Shown in pieces: positions 54,148 to 64,000 of a stretch of DNA of 64,000 nucleotides. Origin of the DNA: Octopus sinensis. Its lineage: Eukaryota. The notes under the pieces were generated by a model. That model saw only the letters and a program-made list of their open reading frames with translations. It was not told the DNA's origin and made no database searches. The stretch's first letter is position 1. Each line of letters opens with the position of its first letter. The stretch is from NCBI RefSeq assembly GCF_006345805.1, contig NC_043007.1:17298001-17362000 (forward strand), in the 5' to 3' direction. A program made the position numbers and the translations under genes.

Positions 54148-54733
54148 TATTCATATAAAATACAGTGTACATTAAAACACATTAAGAGGCTTCCATCATA
54201 GGAATCCATTATGCTAGAAAGAACAGTTAAAGTCTAAACCACTAATTAGGGATAAATTCTCAAAGGGAATGAACTATAAAAACATTTACCATCTAATCTA
54301 ATTCCCGGACCATGGTTTCTGACTTATTTCAATAAATAAAAATTATTATTTACCAAGGCTAAGTCTTCATCAGCGGGTACACCTTAGATTAAATATACAA
54401 ACAACGAGGTCAATCCAGCATGTAAACTCATTGCTTGTACATTTAAAATTTTTTCAAATCCACTGTGCAATCGCAGTCTTTTGTCGGCAGCAAAGAGGAT
54501 TCTGGTAAAATCTTCAAACAAATCTACCAGAAATCATTATACATAATAAATAATATCAGGGTAATGAAAATTATAGAAATTTTTACTACTAGTAGCCTAG
54601 TGTACAAAAAAAATTAGTCAATAGACTATATATTATTCATATAAAATACAGTATACATTTAAACACATTAAGAGGCTCCCATCATAGGAATCCATTACGC
54701 TAGAAAGAACAGTTAAAGTCTAAACCACTAATT
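54148..54733 (-). mobile_element. Retrozyme/solo-pLTR-like element: 486-bp unit with 100-bp terminal direct repeats and a hammerhead
   Basis: 54148-54247 and 54634-54733 differ at 4 of 100 positions, each abuts a TA-rich remnant, and a hammerhead motif lies between them. Confidence 0.7.
54304..54377 (-). ncRNA. Minimal type-I hammerhead ribozyme
   Basis: Reverse complement CCCG-CTGATGA-A-GACTTA...TAAGTC-A-GAA-ACCATGGT-C-CGGG: canonical core, GUC triplet, palindromic stem III. Confidence 0.8.
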
Positions 54734-56821
54734 GCTGGTCTTGTGCCCAAACTTGAAATGAATATAACCAAAAGAGTCTCAAGCCATAATCACGTAACTA
54801 AAAAACAAAATCAGAGAAAGAACACATTAGATAACATGATCCTAGATACATTATGCCTTAAAAAAGAGAGACAGGTGTGTCACAAATGGAACATTTGTTT
54901 GAGCAAAACTGAATATGGGTTACATACACAAAAACAAAATAGCAGTGATTGTGGTTGTTTGTTGTTGAGTTCCAACCTCATTCATACATTAGCTATCAAG
55001 TTGAGTGGTGGTATGCCTCAGTACAAACTCTTTTCATTAGCCATCTTATAATGTAACTAATAATAAAAACAAATCATTGTTTTGTGCAAGAAATCATTTG
55101 TACTTTTGTTTTTTTTTTCATCCATTTGTCAGATAAATTTCCATCACAAATTTCATTATATCCTGCGAGATACTATTTCTATGGCTTCAGATCTCTGTTT
55201 CTGCCATTAAACAATGTCCATTAGAATTGTAAATGACAGAGAGTAGAGGAAGAAACTGGAAGAGAGATAAAGTGGAAGAGAGAGAAAGAGAAAAAGAAAG
55301 ATAGAGAGGGAGAGAAAGAGACAAAAAGATGTTAGAAGAAGCTATCTAAAACCATAATTTCTATTAGCTCCCATACAAAAACAGTGGGAAGTGAAATTAT
55401 TTGATTTTTTTTTCCCTTGCATTTTCTTTATTCGTTGTTGAATTTTATATTTTTTAAAAGCTATTTTTTAAAAAAAAATTTTACATTCTATATTTTTTTT
55501 CATTTCACACACCACACACACACACACACACATACATTTAAGGAAGGAAGGAAGGAAGGGTATCTGGCAGTAAAACAATGCTGCAAATAACGTGTTCCTC
55601 AAACACATGCAAGCATAGAAAAACAGACGTAAAATGAATAACCAAACAATGTGTGTGTGTGTGTGTGTGTGTGGTGTGTAATTCTTTCAAATTTTAGTAA
55701 GAGGACAGTAGTTTTAGGGGGATTGAGATAGTGAATTACATTGACCCAAGTACATGACTGGTACTTTATTTTATTGACCTCAAAAGGATGAACAGCAAAG
55801 TTGGCATGGCGAGTGGAGGCTGGTATGCATGGGCGATTGCTGGTCTCCCATAAGCAACCTTGCCCAGACTTGTCCCTCGGAGGATAACTTTCTTGGTGCA
55901 ATCCCATCATCATCATCATTGTTCGACTGTGGTCGAGACAATAGAATTTACTTGTAAATTCCATAGTCTTTTCAAATGGCTAATAATGTGTGCGCGCGCC
56001 ACTACTACACACATTGGAAAGCATTGTACAACCAAGCATTGTACTACTAAAGAAGATCTTTCCTCCTCCATGAAACAAAGCTGTTCCCGCTGGACGTCAA
56101 CCCAGTATTTCTAAGCTACGGGCCGAGTGATTTATTGTAAGGTTATCTCCCTAGATAGATTGCCTTCACTACGGCTAAGGAGCCCTTTCTACCCCACGGT
56201 CATTCATGACCGAAGGGGGTCATAATATTAATTACTCTGCAGTCCCTTTACTTCATCTGAACACTGGGATGAGGAAAGGTTTATATAACTGCAACACTCA
56301 TCTCTTATTTTCTGACCTTCAAAAATATGCAGACACCTATTCACTCATGAGCCTTTTTATATTGAATTATTTTGATGTACTTCAGTGTATTCCACCATAA
56401 GTGAATTTCAGTTCCTTCTTCGGAACTCATGTTCAGCAGAAACAAAATATTTGTAAATTCTTACTAAAAGACTAAAAACAAAAGCAAAAAAAAAATAAAT
56501 AAAAATTATGCTACATTGCCGATTTGCGATGCATTGATGAAAGTTAACTTTTTAAAAATCAATACACCTTATTGATCTTTTATTATATCTTGAGTGGGTT
56601 TTTGGATAGCTGCCAGTATGTAAGAATAGATCTCTACCCAGGAAGAAAACGGAAAGAATTTTGACTCTATTTTTTTTTTTTTGGTTTTTACTTGTTTTCT
56701 TATTTATTTATAGATTTAGTTCATTGTCATCATCATCATCATCATCATTTTTATATTGTTGTTGTTTTTGTTAGAGCACCGGAGAAAATACCATGTAATA
56801 TTTCTTGGTATTTTTCCGGTT

Positions 56822-57203
56822 ACTCTTTTACTCTTCTACTTGTTTCAGTCATTTGACTGCGGCCATGCTGGAGCACCGCCTTTACTCGAGCAAATCGACC
56901 CCAGGACTTATTCTTTGTATGCCTATTACTTATTCTATCATTCTATTTTGCTGAACCGCTAGGTTACGGGGACGTAAACACACCAGCATCAGTTGTCAAG
57001 CGATGTTGTGAGGGACAAACACACACATACATATACATATATATACGATGGGCTTCTTTCAGTTTCTGTCTACCAAATCCACTCACAAGGCTTTGGTTGG
57101 CCCAAGGCTATAGTAGAAGACACTTGCCCAAGGTGCCACGCAGTGGGACTGAACCCAGAACCATGTGGTTGGTAAGCAAGCTATTTACCACACAGCCACT
57201 CCT
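56822..57203 (-). mobile_element. SINE family A
   Basis: Family-A match. Confidence 0.9.
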
Positions 57204-57336
57204 GCTGCCTTCAAATTTGGTGACCGTTGACTTTGCATCTCAATTATCATTTCGCGATCGAGAAAATAATATTAGTCATTATAATTGATTGTTCGTCTCC
57301 CACCAAAATTTCCGACCTTGCGCCTACATTTAAAAT

Positions 57337-57501
57337 CGTCATCATCAACATCGTCATAATTGTCATCACCATCATTAACATCATCATCATCATCATCATC
57401 ATCCTTGTCACCACCACCACCACCACCACCACTACTACCACCATCATTTTCATTATTATCATCATGATCATGATCATGATAATCACCACCATCACCACCA
57501 C

Positions 57502-57533
<32 letters not shown>

Positions 57534-57577
57534 CCACCACCACCACCATCATCATCATCATTATCATCATCATCATC

Positions 57578-57629
<52 letters not shown>

Positions 57630-57634
57630 CCATC

Positions 57635-57668
<34 letters not shown>

Positions 57669-57774
57669 CCTCCACCACAATCATCACTGTTGTCATTTTC
57701 ATTATTGTTGCTGTTGTTGTTATTTAGTAGTAGCAACAGGCAGCAGCAGCAGCAGCACTGGTAGTGGTGAGGGT

Positions 57775-57812
<38 letters not shown>

Positions 57813-57840
57813 TAGTAGTAGTAGCAGCAGCAGCAGCAAT
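57337..57840. repeat. Compound (CAT)n/(CAC)n/(AGT)n/(CAG)n trinucleotide tract
   Basis: Directly visible. Confidence 0.95.
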
Positions 57841-58137
57841 AACTGCAGGAGCAGTAACTTTTTTCAAGGAGAAAAATATTCCTAGTTTTTTTTTATATTC
57901 CATGGATTTTCTCTTTTCAATGTTGCTCTACATCCAAAACACTACCCAAGTTTCTTCAATTTATTAATGTTTTCCTTTCAAATTCCAAAGGATTGAATAT
58001 GGTTCCCTATCTTTTTATACTAAACTTCAGTTTTTAGCTTTGACTAACAATAGTTTACAATGTCATTGACATGCAGAGGCATGGAAAAATTTTTATACAA
58101 CTCAATATTGATTTTTCTTAATTTTTCTTTTGAAAAA

Positions 58138-58176
<39 letters not shown>

Positions 58177-58207
58177 CATAATGATAATAATATAATAATA
58201 ATAATAA

Positions 58208-58661
58208 AAAAAGGATGTGTTTATTAATTGACATGAGTATTCCTTGCGATCACAATATAGCGGCAAAAGAATTTGACAAGATCAATAAATATAAAGACTT
58301 GCTAATAGAAATTGAAAAAATGTGGCATCTCAAGGCAACTACAGTACCAGTGATTGTAGGATCTCTAGGAATGATTGAAAAAAAGGTACTGAAACCTATT
58401 TGAAAATGATGCCAGGCTTACCATCCCTACAAGAAGTGCAAAAAATAGGGTTAACTGGAACGGCTCATGTACTGAGAAGAGCATTATTGCTATGAAAACA
58501 ACATCCATTCATGAATTTATTTATTTATTAATTTTTAAATACATATTTTATCTGTGAATTTGCGTGTATAATCTGGGAATGCATGCAATGAGCTTCTCTG
58601 CCCCTAGGTGTACGGAAAACACTCGGCGAGAAACGGAAGAAAATTTGAAGAAAGAAGGAAA

Positions 58662-58662
<1 letters not shown>
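58208..58662 (+). mobile_element. R4/Dong-type LINE 3' remnant 1 (restriction-like endonuclease end plus UTR)
   Basis: CLLIDMSIPCDHNIAAKEFDKINKYKDLLIEIEKMWHLKATTVPVIVGSLG...VQKIGLTGTAHVLRRAL*. Confidence 0.85.
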
Positions 58663-58718
<56 letters not shown>

Positions 58719-58720
<2 letters not shown>

Positions 58721-59140
58721 GGACGTTAACATTCAGTTTGACAGAGTAATACAAGCTAAAAGGCCTGATTTAGTAGTAGTAGACAAAGGGAATAGAAAAT
58801 GCTACATAATTGACTTTACAATCCCAAATGAGGAAAAAATCAATATGAGAGGTATAGAAAAAATAGCAAAGTACCAGGACCTAGCTATTGAATTACAGAG
58901 ACTATAGAAAGTGCGGGTATAATGTAACCCAGTAGTTATAAGTGCATTAGGAACTATCCCTAAAGATTTGAACTGATGGATAGAGGAAATAGGCATAAAA
59001 CCCAGCCTAGTATGGCTCCAGAAAACAGTGTTATTAGGGACAGCTGAGATACTTAGGAGGGTTCTTAGCATCTAAGGTTATTTGTAGCCCGATTTTAGGA
59101 ATTTTTTCCTTTTCCAACAGTCTGATGCATTGTGTGTATA

Positions 59141-59143
<3 letters not shown>
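58719..59143 (+). mobile_element. R4/Dong-type LINE 3' remnant 2
   Basis: IQFDRVIQAKRPDLVVVDK...CYIIDFTIP.E...EKIAKYQDLAIELQRL...PVVISALGTIP...LQKTVLLGTAEILRRVL* (PD..D RLE motif). Confidence 0.9.
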
Positions 59144-59177
<34 letters not shown>

Positions 59178-59189
59178 TAATAATAATAA

Positions 59190-59521
59190 TAGATATAGTA
59201 TGCTCAGCTGACAAAAAGGTATGCAATAAGGAAGAAAGAAAAGTCGAGAGATATGACAGGTTAGCTTGGGAAGTTAAGCAGTTGTGGTCGATGAAAAAGG
59301 TAGCAGTAGTACCAATAATTGTTGGAACCCTGGGAACAGTGAGCAAAAATCTTGGGAAGTACGTAGAACAAATAGGGGCTGCAATAAGGGTGGAGCACTC
59401 GCAGAAAACAGCACTGCTTGGAACTGCTCGAATACTCCGGAGGGTGCTTCTTACTTTAGTTCACTGGTAGGGAACAGCTGAAACTGTAATACATCTCCAG
59501 CATTAGAAGCTGTGCAAAGGC
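59190..59521 (+). mobile_element. R4/Dong-type LINE 3' remnant 3
   Basis: IDIVCSADKKVCNKEERKVERYDRLAWEVKQLWSMKKVAVVPIIVGTLGTVSK...QKTALLGTARILRRVL. Confidence 0.85.
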
Positions 59522-59538
59522 AATAATAATAATAATAA

Positions 59539-60097
59539 TAAATGCCCTGATGCAGTACCAGAAAGTGGCTCTCATGGCTTCTGATCTTAACTAATTGGAA
59601 GTGTTATCATGTACATTGTTTTGTTTTGGTATAAAAGATGGGCTACAGCAAATATTCTGCTCAATACCACAGATTTGCTTGTCAGTTGTTTGACCTTAAC
59701 CAGTTGACCATGTCCCTCAATGGCTGATGATATGTGCATCTCTGATCACGAGCAGAAGTAGTCGGGGAGCATGATCGCCGTGTATTGAGAGGAATTCTTT
59801 GGGGTTTGGATAATTCCTCTTTGGAAACATGGGTGTTTCGTTCAACATCCTTAAACAACCCTTATTTAGGTGCCTTTTGAGCGGGATGGGTTACTCGACC
59901 AGAAGAAAATTCTAACTGGGCCCCCACCTGCAAGGTCATGAGCTGTTTATCTTGATATGAGATCACCATGTCATGCACATATGGTTGTGATGCATGTGCC
60001 TGGTGTACCCTTATCATACGAGTAGTCATGATGTGTATACTGGGCTTTGTATATTTTACCCAATGTCACTTTGATGGCATACACTGCTCTCTCACTC
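59539..60097 (+). mobile_element. ~560-bp non-coding (TAA)n-flanked element
   Basis: Third copy of this element. Confidence 0.85.
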
Positions 60098-60128
<31 letters not shown>

Positions 60129-60368
60129 GTTATAACAATGGTTTTAAATTTTGGTACAAGGCCAGCAATTTCAGGGAAGTGGGTAAGTTGATTACATCAG
60201 CCCCAGTTACTCATCTGGTACTTATTTTATTGACTTCAAAAGGAAAGCCAACTTTGGCAGCATTTAAACACAAAATAAAGTTGGAAGAAATGCTGCAAAG
60301 CAATTTTTTCCGGAATAGTAATGATTCTGCCAGCTTGCTACTTTACAACAACAACAACAACAATGATG

Positions 60369-60409
<41 letters not shown>

Positions 60410-60412
<3 letters not shown>

Positions 60413-60585
60413 CACATATAACATACAGAAAATTGCACTACTAGGCACTGCACACATCCTACGCAGAACACTTTCCATACAATAACCATCAGAGCATCAC
60501 AACAAATCACAGCACATACCCAAGGCACACAGAGCTGCGCTCGGTTGTGAAGTGAAAGCACACTATAAAAATAAAACTACTGAAT
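60410..60585 (+). mobile_element. R4/Dong-type LINE 3' remnant 4
   Basis: NIQKIALLGTAHILRRTLSIQ* plus a UTR, flanked by (TAA)n. Confidence 0.8.
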
Positions 60586-60586
60586 G

Positions 60587-60627
<41 letters not shown>

Positions 60628-60769
60628 TATAATAATAATAATTGTTTGAACCAAGAAGTCTAAGAAGTCTGAGGAAGGATATTGTTATCAACATCTTTGT
60701 TGATCTGTGTGTTAGTGTGTGCATGTGTTTTGTCAGTGATGTGATGAATGTGTGTGTGTGTGTGTGTGT

Positions 60770-60985
60770 GTGTTTGTGTGTCTGTGTGTCTGTGTTTGTC
60801 CCCCCAACATCGCTTGACAACCGATGCTGGTGTGTTTACATCCCCGTAACTTAGTGGTTCGGCAAAAGAGACCGATAGAATATGTACTAGGCTTACAAAG
60901 AATACGTCCTGGGGTCGATTTGCTAGACTAAAAAGATGGTGCTCCAGCATGGCCACAGTCAAAATGACTGAAACAAGCAAAAGAA
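60770..60985 (+). mobile_element. SINE family A, 3' half
   Basis: Family-A tail. Confidence 0.85.
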
Positions 60986-60994
60986 TTCAAATGA

Positions 60995-61230
60995 ATGCCA
61001 TGAAGGAAAACCATTGGGCCAGCGGATTTCCAAGATGTAGCCCTGCAGATCATCACAGATCCTCCTCCATGTTTAACAGTCGGAAGAAAGCAGTCTGGGT
61101 CAAATGCTTCTTTTGGCTGTCTCCACATGTATACTCAGCCACGGATCAGAAATAAGGTAAATGATGACTTGTCCGAGAAAATAACATTCTTCCATTGCTC
61201 TAAGGACCAATTCTGTAGGTTTTTTACTCT
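60995..61230 (-). pseudogene. Tc1 transposase internal fragment
   Basis: WRQPKEAFDPDCFLPTVKHGGGSVMI; similar to 63500-63730. Confidence 0.85.
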
Positions 61231-61450
61231 ACCCTACCATGTCTGTCTACAGGTTGCAAGGCCTGATCGTGCTTAAGTTATAAATTATTTTTATAACGAA
61301 CGCTTTCCTCCTTCTCCGAAGTATTAATAAAATTATTATCCCAGACATGCTTTTGTATATTGTGAAAATCGATTGTCTTAGCTTTTTAACACCATTTCAT
61401 TTTAGCAACATTCATTGATCTCTTTCTTTTTTTTTTTGTTTGTTTTGCAG

Positions 61451-61629
61451 GCTTTAAATGGGAAAAAGACAAATGCCTTAAATCTTTCACCTGTTTCCAC
61501 CAGACGCTTTACTTCCCTCGGTCTGCTCAAACACCAACCAGCTCTTGATGGAATCCCAATCGAGGCAGATGTCACGTGGCATGAATATATATGTAACAGT
61601 GGTTCGAAAGAGATCATTATTAACATAAG
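61451..61629 (+). other. Possible internal exon (unassigned)
   Basis: Long polypyrimidine tract plus TTGCAG acceptor, 179 nt open in one frame, AAG|GTGACT donor. No recognisable homology. Confidence 0.25.
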
Positions 61630-61677
61630 GTGACTTATTTTCTCTCGTATGTCATTATGGGATATATATATATATAT

Positions 61678-62062
61678 ACTAGCAGTATTGCCCGGCGTTG
61701 CTCAGGTTTGTAAGGGAAATAACTATAAAGCATTTTTAGAGAGTTATAGCCAAAAAATAGCAAAAAAATGGAAAAAAATGATGGTAAATTTTTTTTTTAG
61801 TTAAAAAAGGTGGAGTTGCGTCCCCTAGACAGTTTGCGGTTTGTGTTTCTGATTCTCGACCCCATGTCGAATTTATCGATTTTTTTCAGAACTGGGGGAA
61901 CTTTTCAAAATTTTCGCTGCGTTAGTTTTGAATTATGACATTGGGCTATGTGTGTGTCAAGTTTCATCAGAATCGGTTGAAAGCCGTGGTCAGGGTGAGG
62001 GTACAAGCAAACAGACACACAGAAACACGCACAGACAAACTGCCGTTTATATAGAGAGAGAT
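61678..62062 (+). mobile_element. Helitron/Helentron-like element, third subfamily
   Basis: Shares its first ~65 bp with 37730 and has a 3' end TTTATATAGAGAGAGAT like 8275. Confidence 0.6.
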
Positions 62063-62067
62063 ATATG

Positions 62068-62233
62068 TAATGAAGGATAAAATTTTTTTTCGAAAAAGAT
62101 ATTCTTTTCCCCAAAAAATTTTATCAATGGCCAGCATATCAAAAAATACCTTTAAAGGTTAAATCTATAAACAATTCATAATTAAGGGCAAACGAAAAAC
62201 TTGAAATTTTTTCGTTTGCCCTTAATTATGAAT
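62068..62233. repeat. Miniature asymmetric fold-back insert in (TA)n (26-bp arms)
   Basis: 62174-62199 and 62208-62233 form a perfect inverted repeat, with a ~105-bp unpaired left extension. Confidence 0.85.
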
Positions 62234-62255
62234 ATATATATATATGTATGTATGT

Positions 62256-62306
<51 letters not shown>

Positions 62307-62310
<4 letters not shown>

Positions 62311-62791
62311 CAACAATTGAGGGTAAAATTAATTAATTATTAATCAATTTCACCAAGTATTCAGTATGTAAAGGGACCATTTAAGGCGAATTCAAAATAT
62401 TACATTTTATAAAGGGCTTAGTAAAATAAATTACTTTGCCACATACTGAACTCATTAGAAATAGCAGCCAAAAAAAAAAAAAAAATATTTTTTTAGCCAA
62501 ATTCTAATACTTAAAGAAAATTTCTCTCAGATAGTGCTTACTCAAAATAGCCCACGAAGGTATGGGGGTAAAAACATAAAAAAAAATTAAAAAATAACCT
62601 TTGCACTTGTGATTTTTTTATGTTTTTACCCCCATACCTTCGTGGGCTATTTTGAGTAAGCACTATCTGAGAGAAATTTTCTTTAAGTATTAGAATTTGG
62701 CTAAAAAAATATTTTTTTTCTTTTGGCTGCTATTTCTAATGAGTTCAGTATGTGGCAAAGTAATTTATTTTACTAAGCCCTTTATAAAATG

Positions 62792-62792
<1 letters not shown>
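62307..62792. repeat. Asymmetric fold-back insert in (TA)n (~180-bp arms)
   Basis: 62402-62584 and 62613-62792 are inverted and identical except in homopolymers, with a ~95-bp left extension. Confidence 0.9.
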
Positions 62793-62834
<42 letters not shown>

Positions 62835-62976
62835 TATGTACATACACATACATGTATGCATAAATGTGTGTGTGTTTATGTTTGTGCATGCATGTGTCTG
62901 TATATGTCTGTATATATGTATATGTAAGTGTGTGTACATATATATGAATATATAAATGTATATTTATCTATTCCCT

Positions 62977-63049
<73 letters not shown>

Positions 63050-63050
63050 A

Positions 63051-64000
63051 CAGGGGTTGGACAAAATAATGGAAACACCTTCAAATTTCAATCAAATTTA
63101 TTTTAATATGGGATAGGACCACCTTTGGCAGTAATTACTGCTCGAATTCTATGAGATATGGACTTGTACAAAGTTTGAATTGTTTTCAAAGGAATTTTTC
63201 CCCATTCTTCAGCTAACACAGTCTCCAGTTCTTGTAGTGATGATAGTGGAGGATATCAACTCATGACTTGTCTTTCTAAAATGCACCATAAATGTTCGAG
63301 AATATTGAGATCTGGGGACTGTGGTGACCAGATAAGATGTTCAACTTCACTAGAATGTTCCTTGTGCCATTCAGTAACAACTTTAGCTGTGTGAATTGGT
63401 GCATTATCATCCTGAAACATTACGTTTTCCCCATGGAAACAGTTCCGCAAGAATTTGATCTGGGAAAAAAGTCTTAAAAAGTCTTGACTATTAATTTTGC
63501 CATAAAGGGAAACCATTGGGCCAGCGGATTTCCAAGATATAACCCCTCAGATCATCACAGATCCTCCTCCATGTTTAACAGTTAGAAGACACTCTGGGTG
63601 AAATGCTTCTTTTGGCTGTCTCCACATGTATACTCAGCCAGTGATCGGAAATAATGTAAAGGATGACTTGTCCGAGAAAATAGCATTCTTCCACTGCTCT
63701 AGGGACCAATTCTGTAGGTTTTTACTCCACTCTAAATGCTTTGCAACGTTTGTTTTTGAAAGCAGTGGTCTTCTGATTGCAGTCCTCCCGTGACATCTGG
63801 GTTTGTGCAGTGCCCAGCAAAGATTTTGTGGAAACTGGGTTCTTGAGGTGGTCATTAAGCTCTGCAGTAATTTTTGGAGCTGTACTTTTGTGGTCCTTTC
63901 TAACAATTCACATAAGAGTTCGATGATCCCTATCTGAAAGTTTTGGTTTTCTTCCCGAGTTTTGTTTCAACAAGGAGGTTTTTCCCTTTTTCTCAAAGGT
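63051..64000 (-). mobile_element. Tc1 (DD34E) transposon, decayed, runs off the window
   Basis: TA|CAGGGGTTGGACAAAATAATGGAAACACC TIR; W..AIFSDKS.F and FQDDNAPIH...WSPQSPDLNILEHLW. Confidence 0.92.

Noticed and set aside
58140-60640. Repeat-spacer pattern resembling a CRISPR array
   Set aside because: The repeats are variable (TAA)n runs and the spacers are 170-560-bp retroelement pieces; there are no cas genes and the context is eukaryotic.
62307-62792. Hammerhead motif in the 180-bp fold-back
   Set aside because: CTAATGA/CTGAATA and GAAA are present, but the core is mutated and stems I and III cannot be assembled convincingly.

Overview
This is AT-rich eukaryotic DNA saturated with microsatellites. 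The SINE content resembles an Octopus (coleoid cephalopod) genome; that assignment is inferred from my recollection of these repeat families. I found no confident host protein-coding gene, rRNA, true tRNA or CRISPR array, so the window looks intronic or intergenic. Almost all listed ORFs are translations of microsatellites or SINEs. It contains at least five SINE-like families, decayed mariner and Tc1 transposons, CR1, RTE and R4/Dong LINE remnants, Helitron/Helentron-like and MITE elements, and Penelope-like elements (PLEs). Two microsatellite-targeted retroelement systems stand out. (1) (TA)n tracts hold a ~2.8-kb head-to-head fold-back PLE whose apex lies at the RT catalytic YKDD motif, two miniature fold-backs with the same asymmetric architecture, and several minimal hammerhead-ribozyme motifs. 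One of these motifs is near-canonical and sits in a 486-bp retrozyme/pLTR-like unit at 54.1-54.7 kb. (2) A (TAA)n tract at 58.1-60.6 kb has collected four distinct R4/Dong-type LINE tails plus a 560-bp non-coding element, all head-to-tail. Coordinates and alignments were read by eye, and repeat boundaries are approximate.
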